From: Eledone cirrhosa
Taxonomy: Eukaryota
NCBI GenBank assembly: GCA_964016885.1
Contig: OZ024753.1
Location: forward strand, 40,300,001 to 40,364,000
Length of the DNA: 64,000 bases
Reading direction: 5' to 3'
Shown: positions 13,571 through 28,333 of the stretch, in pieces
Numbering within the stretch: position 1 is the stretch's first letter
Layout: each line of letters begins with the position of its first letter
Made by a program: the position numbers and the translations under genes
Notes under the pieces: model-generated
What the model saw: only the letters and a program-made list of their open reading frames with translations
Databases searched by the model: none
Told to the model about the DNA's origin: nothing

Positions 13571-13653
13571 ACCTTCTGACGAGAATCTTTCTTTGCAACG
13601 AAGGCCGTATGGTCTCCGTTTATTTTTGGGATTCGAAACCGATCGGTAAAGGT
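13571..13653 (+). ncRNA. Type I hammerhead ribozyme, array copy 2
   Basis: Same sequence as copy 1. Confidence 0.85.
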
Positions 13654-14055
13654 AACTATAGTAGGTAAAGTCAATTTTTTAAAATTTATTTTGAAACTTT
13701 TTCATTATTTGCTAAACCTTGTTTATATATGTTCTGGCTCGTTAATTTATTAACCTGCCATTGAACCACATTGGCATTTGGTTGGACAATACATGCGTCC
13801 CTTAGCGCCTTATGCGTGAAGGAACACATATCCTATTATTACTACTCTCCGCTATTGTTGAGAGACAAATTGGGTTGTTCCGACTGCTGCTAGTGATAGT
13901 TGCGGCCGGTTTGACCTACCTCCCTCTGCCTCTATCTTTACTTCGGCCCTTGAAAAAATTGATTCCACTTCATTCACTCTCATCTCAGGAACAGTTTTGG
14001 ATAGCGCTAGTTCGTAATTTAAATTCAAGAATTTTATATTCTTCGAATGAAAAGA

Positions 14056-14138
14056 ACCTTCTGACGAGAATCTTTCTTTGCAACGAAGGCCGTATGGTCT
14101 CCGTTTATTTTTGGGATTCGAAACCGATCGGTAAAGGT
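14056..14138 (+). ncRNA. Type I hammerhead ribozyme, array copy 3
   Basis: Same sequence as copy 1. Confidence 0.85.
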
Positions 14139-14540
14139 AACTATAGTAGGTAAAGTCAATTTTTTAAAATTTATTTTGAAACTTTTTCATTATTTGCTAA
14201 ACCTTGTTTATATATGTTCTGGCTCGTTAATTTATTAACCTGCCATTGAACCACATTGGCATTTGGTTGGACAATACATGCGTCCCTTAGCGCCTTATGC
14301 GTGAAGGAACACATATCCTATTATTACTACTCTCCGCTATTGTTGAGAGACAAATTGGGTTGTTCCGACTGCTGCTAGTGATAGTTGCGGCCGGTTTGAC
14401 CTACCTCCCTCTGCCTCTATCTTTACTTCGGCCCTTGAAAAAATTGATTCCACTTCATTCACTCTCATCTCAGGAACAGTTTTGGATAGCGCTAGTTCGT
14501 AATTTAAATTCAAGAATTTTATATTCTTCGAATGAAAAGA

Positions 14541-14623
14541 ACCTTCTGACGAGAATCTTTCTTTGCAACGAAGGCCGTATGGTCTCCGTTTATTTTTGGG
14601 ATTCGAAACCGATCGGTAAAGGT
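14541..14623 (+). ncRNA. Type I hammerhead ribozyme, array copy 4
   Basis: Same sequence as copy 1. Confidence 0.85.
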
Positions 14624-14693
14624 AACTATAGTAGGTAAAGTCAATTTTTTAAAATTTATTTTGAAACTTTTTCATTATTTGCTAAACCTTGTT

Positions 14694-14772
<79 letters not shown>

Positions 14773-14799
14773 ATGTATATATATATGTATATATATATG

Positions 14800-14832
<33 letters not shown>

Positions 14833-14844
14833 TTATATATATAT

Positions 14845-14879
<35 letters not shown>

Positions 14880-14918
14880 AATGTATATAGATATATATGT
14901 ATACATGTGTATATATAT

Positions 14919-15093
<175 letters not shown>

Positions 15094-15402
15094 CATATAT
15101 ATATGTATACATATATATATATGTATACATATATATATATATATATACACACACGTACACACATATAATTGTCGAAACGGCAGGAGCTCAGCCGTAAGGG
15201 TCCCGTATTTTTCATATTACCCACTCTACTACCCCAAGTATCGAGTACTCTGGTGAGTAATGGTTTAACTGGTTTTTACCGACTCTATTCTCATCTCCCT
15301 TATACCTTTCGCCCGGTGATCTGTTTCGCTTGGCTGAAGTGACCGTTTCTGCGCAAACGCGTTCATGCGGTTGTTCTTCCTGTTCCGTATAACCACATAC
15401 AT

Positions 15403-15444
15403 CCAGAGCTGAAGATCCGCATAAGGTGAAACAATTGTTCTCGG
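15403..15444 (+). ncRNA. Minimal hammerhead motif
   Basis: ccaGAG-CTGAAGA-TCC gcataa GGT-GAAA-CAATTG-TT-CTCgg; stem II is weak. The downstream tail (15490-15540) recurs inverted at 20063-20115. Confidence 0.6.
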
Positions 15445-15543
15445 TATAGTGAACTAACTGTTGTGTTATTACTTCCACCAAACCCGTCCCATGGACTGAG
15501 TGCTCTACCACTACGGATATTACGTTTCCAGTGTTCTACCCCC

Positions 15544-15614
<71 letters not shown>

Positions 15615-15629
15615 TGTACACACACACAG

Positions 15630-15663
<34 letters not shown>

Positions 15664-15695
15664 GTGTGTATGTATGTATAAAATCACACCCACAT

Positions 15696-15749
<54 letters not shown>

Positions 15750-15796
15750 ATGTATGTATAAAATCACACCCACACACACACATATATATATATATA

Positions 15797-16223
15797 TGCA
15801 AAAGTTCTATTTAAAATTGTTGGGATACAACAAGTAAATATTTTTATAACTGATATAAAGCACTCGACAAGTATTTGGAGTAGATATACGATATTAATAA
15901 ATGAAAACTATATTTATAAAACCATATTTATTTCATTATACATATTTCAGGGATACCAAATTAAATTATGGTATGCCTTCATCGTCTTTTTCTAATTGTC
16001 CTTAACACTATGACTTATTAAAATAATATAAACAACTCACTATCCAGATGGCTTCCAAAAATAATGGTTGCATTTTAAAAGGGTACGTCAAAGCTTATTT
16101 GTAAAAGTGTTATATATTGTATTTTGTCTGATGAAGGCATACCATAATTTAATTTGGTATCCCTGAAATATGTATAATGAAATAAATATGGTTTTATAAA
16201 TATAGTTTCCATTTATTAATATC

Positions 16224-16224
<1 letters not shown>
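15797..16224. mobile_element. PLE-like fold-back module family C; hammerhead at 16120-16184 (+)
   Basis: TATTTTGT-CTGATGA-AGGCATACCA..TGGTATCCCT-GAAA-TATGTA-TA-ATGAAATA; the left arm is truncated within the core. Fragment also at 7222-7285. Confidence 0.72.
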
Positions 16225-16269
<45 letters not shown>

Positions 16270-16594
16270 ATGTATGTATAAAATCACACCCACACACAAG
16301 CCTTTATACATGTCAATCTGTAGAGTAACAACAGCAGTATTTTTTCCTTGTAGTATTTGAATTGTTTCAATAAGAGTGTTTTTGTATTCAGAAAATATAA
16401 TTCAGCTGACAGCTGCAGAACACTGAGGACCAATTACCGTCCTCTTTACATCAAAAGTTCGTAATCAAACAAATTAGAAATAACCCGCACTCCTACACAC
16501 CACGTTTAACCTCTTTTATTTTCATTTATATTTTCCCTTGTCTCAATATAATTCTCTATCCTATTGTAATATCTCTCTATTTCTCTCTCACTTC

Positions 16595-16656
<62 letters not shown>

Positions 16657-16658
16657 TC

Positions 16659-16737
<79 letters not shown>

Positions 16738-17205
16738 GTGAGGTTTTTTTTACAAAATGAAAAATAACCGAGGTGTCCTACACGAGTGAAAATATAAAGA
16801 AAAAGAGATGAAATCGAAAATGCAACTGGAGTCTTATTATTTTTTTTTTTAAATATATATATTTATTTGGTTCCTTTACCGGTTTCGCAGTTCTTCTGCT
16901 TTTCAAAAGGTGAGTTGAGATGGAGGGTCTGTGGTTTTATATATATCCTTCTCCTGTATGCGGTCACTCTCTCTTTAAATATCTCCCACGCCTGTTTATT
17001 CTTTCTTTATGTGTGTATATATATATATATATACGTATATAACGAAGGAAGTGTGGTAAGTAACCAGGTGGACCATAACGCACCAAAGTACTCGATTCTA
17101 GGTAGTAGAGTATATATAGTGTATATATATATATATATATACACTATATATATATATATATGTGTGTGTGTATATATATTTCAACGAATACTATAGATAC
17201 GAATG

Positions 17206-17385
17206 CAGACGTGTCAACTCAGATGTTCCACCCACTTTAGGAATGGTGAGAGTTATCTTCTCTTGTGAAATGGGTATAGTTTTTATTATATAAAATCTCT
17301 CCAGTTTGCCTCATTTCACCCCGTTTTGGGGCACATTTTTTCCATGATACTTCCCGTTTTGGATTTTTTGAGGTTGGCAGGTCTG
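17206..17385. mobile_element. MITE with CAGACCTGCCAAC-type TIRs
   Basis: cagacgtgtcaac / gttggcaggtctg, flanked by direct cgaatg (6 bp); diverged inverted copy at 60173-60363. Confidence 0.65.
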
Positions 17386-18211
17386 CGAATGAAAGTAGGT
17401 TGTCATAGTTACAAACTTCTGCGAAACTACATAATGCCAAAAGTTTCTAATAAAACCAAAATCAAAATTAAAGTTTTTCCCTTCCTCTTTCGTTTCTGAA
17501 ATCCAACTAATAGAATTATAAAATAAAAATTAGATAACCACCACCCAACGCAATACCTAAAACAAAGTCTCCCTTATACAGGGTTGGCCAAAAGTCATTC
17601 CTATTAAAAAAAAATTCATAATTTTTAATCCCGTCGAGTTTAACTTTGCCTTTCATCCTTACGGGGTCGATAAAATAAAGTACCAGTAATGCACTGAGAT
17701 AATTGCTGGCCTTGTGCCAAAAGTAGAAACAATTATTAAAATATATATATTTTTTCTTTCAGATTAAAGTGAAATAAAAACAAGATCCAATTATGAAATT
17801 TAATTAAAAGTTTTTAAAAATTAGTTTTTTATTTAATTTTTAATGTTTTATTAATAAAAATATAAAAGAGTGACTATTCTTGTTTTGATTCCTTGTTGAC
17901 CTTTATTTGTTAATAATCTTATCAAATTTACTGTATTTATTGTCAGCAAACCAATTGACAGCGATTGCTATTCAGTGGAGTTTATCAAATTGAATGGCTT
18001 GTTTGTTATTATTCACGGATTATTTACTTCTACAGTTTCACGTCAGTATAACTATAGGTATATCTGTAGGGACTTCAGAAGTAATGACGATTAAAGCAAT
18101 GCTACAGACATACCAATGTTTGATATGACACATTTTCATTTGTAAAGACGAATAAGTATTGATTCTCTCTAATAGTTAACGTACGGAACGTTTCAAACTT
18201 ACATAAGTTAT

Positions 18212-18560
18212 GATGGCTTCCCCCTCGTTATCGAGTATGGCCATTGCACGATACAGTAATATTAATAATTATTAATTAATTCTATCGTGCAATGCCTGTG
18301 CGTGAAGACTTTTTTAAAGTGAGAAAAGACTGTGCACTGAGCCAATCCCACTCTCTGAGCGACAGTAGCTATAACCCGAAAAGAAGAAAAGATGAACATC
18401 ATCGGTAACTACTGAGCCACAGGTTTTATGTCGAAGTTATCCCATTTTCCTGAGTTGCCTTCTCCTAGAAGAATGCCCTAATAAAAGATAGGGGTCCTTC
18501 ACTCTCAGTGGTTTAACCGCGCGATCGAGTATCCAGCCCGATTATTTCTATGTCTCCGCG
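18212..18560 (-). mobile_element. Older subfamily of the bipartite RTE-derived element
   Basis: Similar to 18611-19219 at the terminus and the ttctcctaga region; homologous to 11984-12373. Confidence 0.65.
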
Positions 18561-18610
18561 CATATACATGAATTATACATATATACATACATAAATACAT
18601 ACATATATAC

Positions 18611-19219
18611 ATGGAGGCTGCCAACTCGTTTTCGAGTACGGCCACTACTTTATATCAATGTAGGAGAACCCCTACCGATGCGCTGAACGAGTGTGACTTT
18701 TTAGTCCAGCCAGCGACTTGAAAACTCTGGTACAAACACTACACTTGTGACAATTATTGATACATAGTGCTGAGCCCATGGTACCATGTGACGACAAGTG
18801 CAGAGAGATCTCCAGATATAAAGCAATGCCTGTGCCGTGAAGCTTTTATAGTGAGCAAAGGCACTGCACAAAGCCAGTATCACTCTCTTAACCAAGATGA
18901 TATTTACCAAAAAGAAGAACAAGTCAACATCATTGGATACCATCAGAGTTGCAGGTGTTATATCAGAGTTTTCCTTCTCCTAGAATTCTGCCTTGACAAA
19001 GGCTAAGGGTCATCTCTCCCGGTGATTTTGGATGGCCATTGACTCTTAAGAGCTCCTTTGCCCTTTGACAGGTTTTGTTTTTAGTCCTGCAGGATGTCCA
19101 AAGTCACCCTCCTCACCAAGAAACCTTGGTGGGGTTGCCAATTTAGTCGCCAACGACCCGACCATGAGACAGGTTGTACAGGGATACATGTTACCAGTAG
19201 CACCAACTGGTGACCTGAC
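18611..19219 (-). mobile_element. ~610-bp bipartite non-autonomous RTE-like element
   Basis: Minus strand has an RTE 5'UTR-like motif (aaggcag..ctaggagaaggaaaactctga) fused to a C-terminal C2H2 remnant [23 protein letters not shown]. Confidence 0.7.
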
Positions 19220-19380
19220 ATATATACATATATATATATATATAACTACATACAAACATACGTACGAACACACATTCATTCATACATACATACAGAGAGA
19301 CAGACATACCTGCACACAGATAAACACCACCACACATACACCCACACAGTAACACAGATGTCGCCCCCCCTCCACTCTTA

Positions 19381-19417
<37 letters not shown>

Positions 19418-19562
19418 ACACACACACACAGACACACACACACACAAATAAACATACACTCACATATATGAAATAAATAGGGAATACAATTCATTCCATT
19501 GCAATCGCCCAGAAACTAAAATATTCATTTATGGTTAGAATTTTATGTCATGATCTGTCTCT

Positions 19563-19639
<77 letters not shown>

Positions 19640-19988
19640 TTTTGTATATACTCCATTTCCTTGTTCTCTCTTTCTGTTTCCTAACTTCTCCCTCTCTCTC
19701 ACACACATATATATATATGGATTGGCAGTATCGGTAGAAGGTCGGACGCCATGCTTTGACACATAGAGTTACGGCCCTTGCCATTCTGAGTTCAAATCCC
19801 GCCGAGGTTAACTTTGCCTTTCATCCTTACGGGGTCGATAAAATAAAGTACCAGTAATGCACTGGGTAATTGCTGGCCTTGTGCCAAAAGTAGAAACAAT
19901 TATATTATATATATATATATATATATATAGGTAAGTTATTTCAGGTTGATTTCTAAAGAATGAAACAGTTCTAGTCCTGTAGAATCTC

Positions 19989-20066
<78 letters not shown>

Positions 20067-20122
20067 GTGGAACACTGGAAGGTAATATCCGTAGTGGTAG
20101 AGCATTCAGTCCAAGACACACG

Positions 20123-20265
<143 letters not shown>

Positions 20266-21104
20266 ACACATATAAGGTCAATGTTTATATGCGTGTGTAC
20301 ATAGGTTGCCTTTTTTTCTCACATGTAACCTGACCTCTGGCTGGCTAACTGAGACCCCTCAGCTGCACAATTCGACATGCAGTAGTGCTATGATGAATCT
20401 TATGCAGTGAGACAATGTATATTGACATAACCTTCTCACTGACTGTTCACTCACTGTCTACTCACACTCGGGTCAATATCTATGCTGAGAAAATTGTTGC
20501 TCAATTTCACATCTTTATTATGTGCATCATCGCTCACATTTTAATAAAATATAAACTAAAACTGAAATCACTTGACCACAAACATTCGTTGTTGTTCTTT
20601 GTAAGTGTTTCCACTTGACCTATCTCCCTATCTCTAAAAATTCATTGACTGGACAAAAATATCTTTTCTTCCCACGAATTCGCGTTTTGTTTTCTAAAAT
20701 TGTATTTTTATAACACGTATTTTACTTACTTATTTTACCGTTTAGTTTGAACAAGAAAAACAGATCTAATGACTCGTATGAAAGCTTTTGAATGTGGTTT
20801 ATACAATATCCAGAATAACGAGAGGTATTTCAAAGGTAAATCCAGTTGGTATAATTATTTACTTATCTACAGGGCGGTGGATTGGCAGTAATGGTAGAGG
20901 GTCGGACGCCATGCTCTGACGTATAGAGTTACGGCCCTTGCCTTTCTGAGTTCAAATCCCGTCAAGGTTAACTTTGCCTTTCATCCTTACGGGGTCGATA
21001 AAATAAAGTACCAGTAATGCACTGGGTAATTGCTGGCCTTGTGCCTAACGTAGAAACAATTATTTACTTATCTATATATATATTTTTACTTATATATATA
21101 TATT

Positions 21105-21325
21105 TAAAATAACAGATTAAAGTTTAAGCAAAGAATCGCTGCTTTCACCCTTAACGGGATCTTCTGAAACTTGAGAAGATCCCGTTAAGGGTGAAAGCAA
21201 CGATCTTTGCTTAAACTTTAATCTGTTATTTTAATAAATATTTGCTCTACGGTTCTTATATATTTGATATATATTTATCCTTATCGAGCCCTCTTTGGAT
21301 TTTAGTCTTCAAATTTATTATTATT
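21105..21325. mobile_element. PLE-like fold-back module family E
   Basis: ~60-bp inverted arms plus tail; copies at 25470-25750 and 38556-38620; distant relative at 59605-59685. Confidence 0.6.
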
Positions 21326-21415
21326 ACTATATATATATATATATATATATAGAAAATATATGGATTACATCGAGTTCTTCATGCAGAATAGACCCCACAA
21401 CTTACTGTGGATACC

Positions 21416-21535
<120 letters not shown>

Positions 21536-21760
21536 AAATGAGTCAGGAACCCGACGGCTGAGCTCCGGCCGTTTCGCCAGCTAGATCCAAACTAATCCAA
21601 CAGTATTTAATACTTCTGGGTTAGTTCGGATCTAGCTGTCGAAACGGCCGGAGCTCAGCCGTCGGGGTCCTGACTCATTTCCTGGTGCATTATGATCTGG
21701 TCCACCTGGTTTCTTTCCACACTTTCTTTGTTATATATATATATATACATACATACATAC

Positions 21761-21813
<53 letters not shown>

Positions 21814-21880
21814 CTAAGTATGAGTACTTTTGTGCGTTATGGTCCACCTTATTCCTTACCACATTTCCTTCGTTATATAT

Positions 21881-21923
<43 letters not shown>

Positions 21924-21951
21924 ATATACATATATATAATATATATATATG

Positions 21952-21984
<33 letters not shown>

Positions 21985-22044
21985 GTATATATATATTTAT
22001 ATGTATATACATATATATATATATATACATATATTTATATATAC

Positions 22045-22118
<74 letters not shown>

Positions 22119-22135
22119 TGTATATATACATATGT

Positions 22136-22213
<78 letters not shown>

Positions 22214-22217
<4 letters not shown>

Positions 22218-22823
22218 TGGCTGCCAACTCGTTTTCGAGTACGGCCACTACTTTATATCCATGTAGGAGAACCCCTACCGATGCGCTGAACGAGTGTGAC
22301 TTTTTAGTCCAGCCAGCGACTTGAAAACTCTGGTACAAACACTACACTTGTGACAATTACTGACACATAGTGCTGGGCCCATGGTACCATGTGACGACAA
22401 GTGCAGAGAGATCTCCAGATATAAAGCAATGCCTGTGCCGTGAAGCTTTTATAGTGAGCAAAGGCACTGCACAAAGCCAGTCCCACTCTCTTAACCAAGA
22501 TGATATTTACCAAAAAGAAGAACAAGTCAACATCATTGGATACCATCAGGGTTGCAGGTGTTATATCAGAGTTTTCCTTCTCCTAGAATTCTGCCTTGAC
22601 AAAGGCTAAGGGGTCATCTCTCCCAGTGATTTTGGATGGCCATTGACTCTTAAGAGCTCCTTTGCCCTTTGACAGGTTTTGTTTTTAGTCCTGCAGGATG
22701 TCCAAAGTCACCCTCCTCACCAAGAAACCTTGGTGGGGTTGCCAGTTTAGTCGCCAACGACCCGACCATGAGACAGGTTGTACTGGGATACATGTTACCA
22801 GTAGCACCAACTGGTGACCTGAC
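22214..22823 (-). mobile_element. Bipartite non-autonomous RTE-like element, copy 2
   Basis: Highly similar to 18611-19219; both ends lie in (TA)n. Confidence 0.75.
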
Positions 22824-22845
22824 ATATATATATATATATGTATAT

Positions 22846-22919
<74 letters not shown>

Positions 22920-23124
22920 CGAAGGAAATGTGGTAAGGAACAAGGTGGACCATAACGCACAAAAGTACTCAATACTTAGGGTGGTAGAGTGGGTAATAGG
23001 AACGAGTAGGACCCCGACGGCTGAGCTCAAGCCGTTTCGACGGCTAATTCTGGACTAAATGGTCATTTAGTCCAGAATTAGCCGTCGAAACGGCTTGAGC
23101 TTAGCCGTCGGGGTCCTACTCGTT

Positions 23125-23157
<33 letters not shown>

Positions 23158-23504
23158 TTCTATGTGTGTTTTACGTGTACCTGTGTATCTTCTGTCAGCG
23201 CATGGATGTATTTTTGTAGTAATTGTTTTTGTAAATTTACAAGCAAAATATTGAAACTATTATGCGGATTTACGTTGGTGCAGACTTGGCTTAAATTATC
23301 TTCACTGAGAGATTTGTGTCTAAATATTTAGACATGATCGCTCATCTTGTTCCTATCAGCCAGCTACAGCAGAATAAAACGTATCATTCACACGCACACA
23401 CACACATACTCAAGCAAACACATAAATATACACACACACACACAAGACAAAAACTAACATAAGCACACTCACACACACACATACACCAATGTATGTTTGT
23501 GTAA

Positions 23505-23571
<67 letters not shown>

Positions 23572-23636
23572 AACCAGTAAGACCCCGACAGCTGAGCTCA
23601 AGCCGTTTCGAGGGCTAATTCTGGACAGAATATTCG

Positions 23637-23715
<79 letters not shown>

Positions 23716-24051
23716 ATAACGAAGGAAATGTGGTAAGGAACCAGATGGACCATAACGCACCAAAGTACTCAATACTTAGGGTAGTAGAGTGGGTAATAGG
23801 AACGAGTAGGACCCCGATGGCTGAGCTCAAGCCGTCGGGGTCCTACTTGTTCCTATATATATATATATATATATAATATATATATATATGTTAATCCTGG
23901 GTTCAATCGGAGGTAACCACAGTAAGTAAGGTACTCAATACATAGCAGAGTATAAATATTTTATATAGAAATACCTTCTACAGAACTGTTTCATTCGGGA
24001 AAAATCATCTCCTTAATGAAACAGTTCTAGTCCTGTAGAAGCCATTACTAT

Positions 24052-24103
<52 letters not shown>

Positions 24104-24127
24104 TATATATACATATATATATATATA

Positions 24128-24397
24128 AAATATTAAACAAATAATGAATAAACAATGAAAACAGTTCCTTATATTAAACAAAAAAAGTTCATTATTTAAA
24201 CTTTTTTTGTTTAATATAAGGAACTGTTTTCATTGTTTATTCATTATTTGTTTAATATTTTATCTTGACTCTGTATACCGTTTATCTTTCACCGAAAGTG
24301 ATTTTTCATTACATCTCTTCTTTCCATGATATCCGGAATACATTGAGTTCTTCATACGGATTGGACACTACCGTAAACTCTTGGTAGATTTATCTAC
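24128..24397. mobile_element. PLE-like fold-back module family F
   Basis: Inverted arms 24128-24190 and 24198-24260; tail near-identical to 28485-28683. Confidence 0.65.
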
Positions 24398-24528
24398 ATA
24401 TATATATATATATATAAGGATTAGAATACTGGAGCGTGTTTGAGTCAAACACCCTCTTCGTATTATAGAAATGACAGTAAAAGGTATAGCTCAATGCAGT
24501 TAAACAGATATATATATATATATATATA

Positions 24529-24710
24529 TAATTGTTTCTACTTTTGGCACAAGGCCAGCAATTACCTAGTGCATTACTGGTCCTTTATTTTATCGGCCCC
24601 GTAAGGATGAAAGGCAATGTAAACCTCGGCGGGATTTGAACTGAGAATGGCAAGGACCGTAACTCTATGCGTCAAAGCATGGCGTCCGACCCTCTACCGA
24701 TACTGCCGCC
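24529..24710 (-). mobile_element. tRNA-SINE (representative minus copy)
   Basis: Reverse complement of the 11433 consensus. Other minus copies: 29397-29530, 30987-31180, 45800-45962, 47052-47218, 53530-53690, 54195-54379, 56428-56615. Confidence 0.9.
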
Positions 24711-25141
24711 GCATTGCGGTTTCGACTCGTTTCACGTCCTTTAACGTACCCCAGGGCATTACCTAGCTATATAACTACCTTGTTACACATTACGTCATCG
24801 AATGACCTGCAATGATATGACACAAAGAGCGCTGCCAGTTCATTCACATAAGATTTTGTCTATCACTATGTCGCAATCATACGTATAGTCGTTAAATCTT
24901 TCGGTGAAAACACAATCTTTGCTACGTAGAATAACCTGCCTGAAGTGAGATATTTGAATAATTAAACATGAAAGTATAAAAGAAAACACTTGCTATTGTA
25001 TTCATGTAAGTTTATTGATACAAAGTAAATTTGATAACACCTGAACGTAATTTATCAATAAAGTCGCTCTCATAAAACTGTTTTCAATGCAATGTTAATA
25101 AACCAATGAAAAGAAGCTCCCTAAGCACACAAATATGTATT

Positions 25142-25303
<162 letters not shown>

Positions 25304-25353
25304 CATATATATTTACACACACACACACACACATGTGTGTATATATCTATCTA

Positions 25354-25399
<46 letters not shown>

Positions 25400-26794
25400 T
25401 GTTTATATATATATATATACGCACACACATATATGTATATATATATATAAATATATATAGTGATAATAATAAATGTGAAGACGTAAATCCAAAGAGGGCT
25501 CGATAAGAATATATCAAATATATAAGAACCCTAGAGCAAATATTTATTAAAATAACAGATTAAAGTGTATGCAAAGAATCGCTGCTTTCACCCTTAACGG
25601 CATCTTCTGATCGACTTGGGGAGGGTCATATCATATTGTTATAATATTGCCAGAAATAGTAACAGAACACACTCATTGTTTGGTTTCAGTAGATCCCATT
25701 AAGGGTGAAAACAGCGATTCTTTGCTTAAACATTAATCTGTTATTTTAATATATATATATATCACGAGTCTCGAATTCTTGACAGGGTTCAATGACCTAC
25801 GTGTATATTATTTTACTTTTCACGATGACCTCCTCCTCCCATTTGGGGACAGTGTGAGATTTTCTTTAGAACTGCTGGACATAAACCTAGGCAGCTCTTT
25901 CTAGCACTGATGGAGATTATCGCTAACTATTAATGTTGATTTAGTTATTAATATTGATATTATTGGGCACCCACTGAAGATTTATAAGAGCCCACTTGCA
26001 TCGGAATCCATTGATCTTATGCAAGCTTCTACATAACTTTTCATAAAATTTCACCCACCATGTAGAAATCTTATAATGAAACGATCGTATGGGGAATGAG
26101 ATTTTAATATATCTCATATAAAATAATACAGCCGATTATCCACACAATACAATATAGTTAGCACCCCAAACGTTTAATTGGGAATATATTCCGGTATTTC
26201 CTAATGTTTGTTGAGTGAGTTGGAAATTGGTCGGAGTATCGCTAATAGCTTTCTCCGTTTATGTATTTATATATATATGTATATATATATATATATTTAT
26301 ATATATATACTTGGGGAGGGTCATATTGTTATAATATTGGCCAGAAATAGTAACAGAACACATCACTGTTAGGTTGGTTTTCGCTTCTGTATCTTTTATA
26401 TCGCCATAGTTAATTTTTTTGGCAATCAATGTTTTATCATTGATTGACCAGTGGTTAAAAATACAGATATAAATATATATATATATATAGTCTATAGGTT
26501 GCGGTGGGAGTGTTTGTGTGTGTGTGTGTGTGAGTGCATGCGTGTCTCTATGAGTATGTGAATGGCTATATATATATATATATTGCGTTGCTATCCTTCT
26601 ATGTTTGTTTACTTGCCTCGCTCGCTTTACGCGATTTACTTGTCCCAATAGCTTTATTTAGCTATTGCTCGCACCAACTGGAGGTATATGATTTTTAAAG
26701 CAATGAAATACCAATGAAGGTTAGAAAATCACTGATGAAGGACTATTTTTAACATATGTAACCCATGTGCAACCACGCAGTATTCATTCTTCTC

Positions 26795-27072
<278 letters not shown>

Positions 27073-27155
27073 TATATATATAAATATATATATAAATATA
27101 TATATATACACACATAGATATATATATATACATACATATATATATATATACATAC

Positions 27156-27192
<37 letters not shown>

Positions 27193-27235
27193 AATATATA
27201 TATAAATATATATATATACACACATAGATATATAT

Positions 27236-27276
<41 letters not shown>

Positions 27277-27595
27277 ACTTAAACCACATATGATCATACC
27301 AAATCCCTGCTTAATACGGTAAGAATCCAGCTTAGAATCTTCTGCAGGTGTTTACCTACATACGATGACGAAACAACATTTGAGTCATTGTTCTGCATCC
27401 AGAGTTCTTTTTCTCAAAAATAGTATGTCCACCATTGCGCATGCGTAATTAATTATAACCCGGAACTTCTTTGTGAGTAGTATGCTAATGGTTATTTTTG
27501 ATTTCTTTACTCGATGACGTTGAGAGGTCAAGGCTGGCTCGTATAGAAAGGACTTATGAAGAAAGATTTTTTTCCGATTATGAACATCGTGGCAC

Positions 27596-27664
<69 letters not shown>

Positions 27665-27677
27665 ACACACACACACA

Positions 27678-27761
<84 letters not shown>

Positions 27762-28021
27762 TATATATATATATATATATATACAGATAGATAGTTATGT
27801 AATAAACAACATAAGACAATTATTCCATTTACCAAAGGTTTCACGAAGAGAGTCGAGCTCGACATAGACGTCTGAAATCGCTCATCAGAATGAAATTTTA
27901 TTTGAATAGCTCTGTAGCCTACAATTTTATTTAAATAGCTCTGTAGCCTACATAGAGCACTCTCCTTTCCTTTACATTTCCTACGGAAACACTTAATATA
28001 CAGATATATAGATATATAGAG

Positions 28022-28075
<54 letters not shown>

Positions 28076-28333
28076 GTATGTATGTAAAAGGTAAACAGAA
28101 ATAACAACCCAATCGGTACAGTATATGGAAGGTATATATTAGGTTAACGCCTGATATAGGAGAAAGAAGGTCTAAACGTTTCGGACGCTAGTCCTTCATC
28201 AGAAGAAAGAATGAGAAAATGAGAAATAAGATAGATCGAGGGGATGGGCGGGTTGGAATTGGAAAAAATGTCTTTAGATAAAAATAACAGGTCTATTCAT
28301 GTTGACATCTGGAAAACTATATATATATATATA

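Larger units (their letters stand above)
13012..14698 (+). repeat. 485-bp tandem array (~3.5 units) within (TA)n; retrozyme/PLE-like
   Basis: Period 485 (identical ORFs at 13327, 13812, 14297); no differences between units seen; one hammerhead per unit. Confidence 0.95.

Noticed and set aside
13327-14638. 113-aa ORF repeated three times
   Set aside because: A consequence of the tandem array; no recognisable domain, and it overlaps the ribozyme, whose cleavage would cut it.
21165-21210. Hammerhead in family E (AGAAGA-TCCC gttaa GGGT-GAAA)
   Set aside because: Other copies read CAGAAGA, and no convincing stem III, cleavage triplet or stem I was found.
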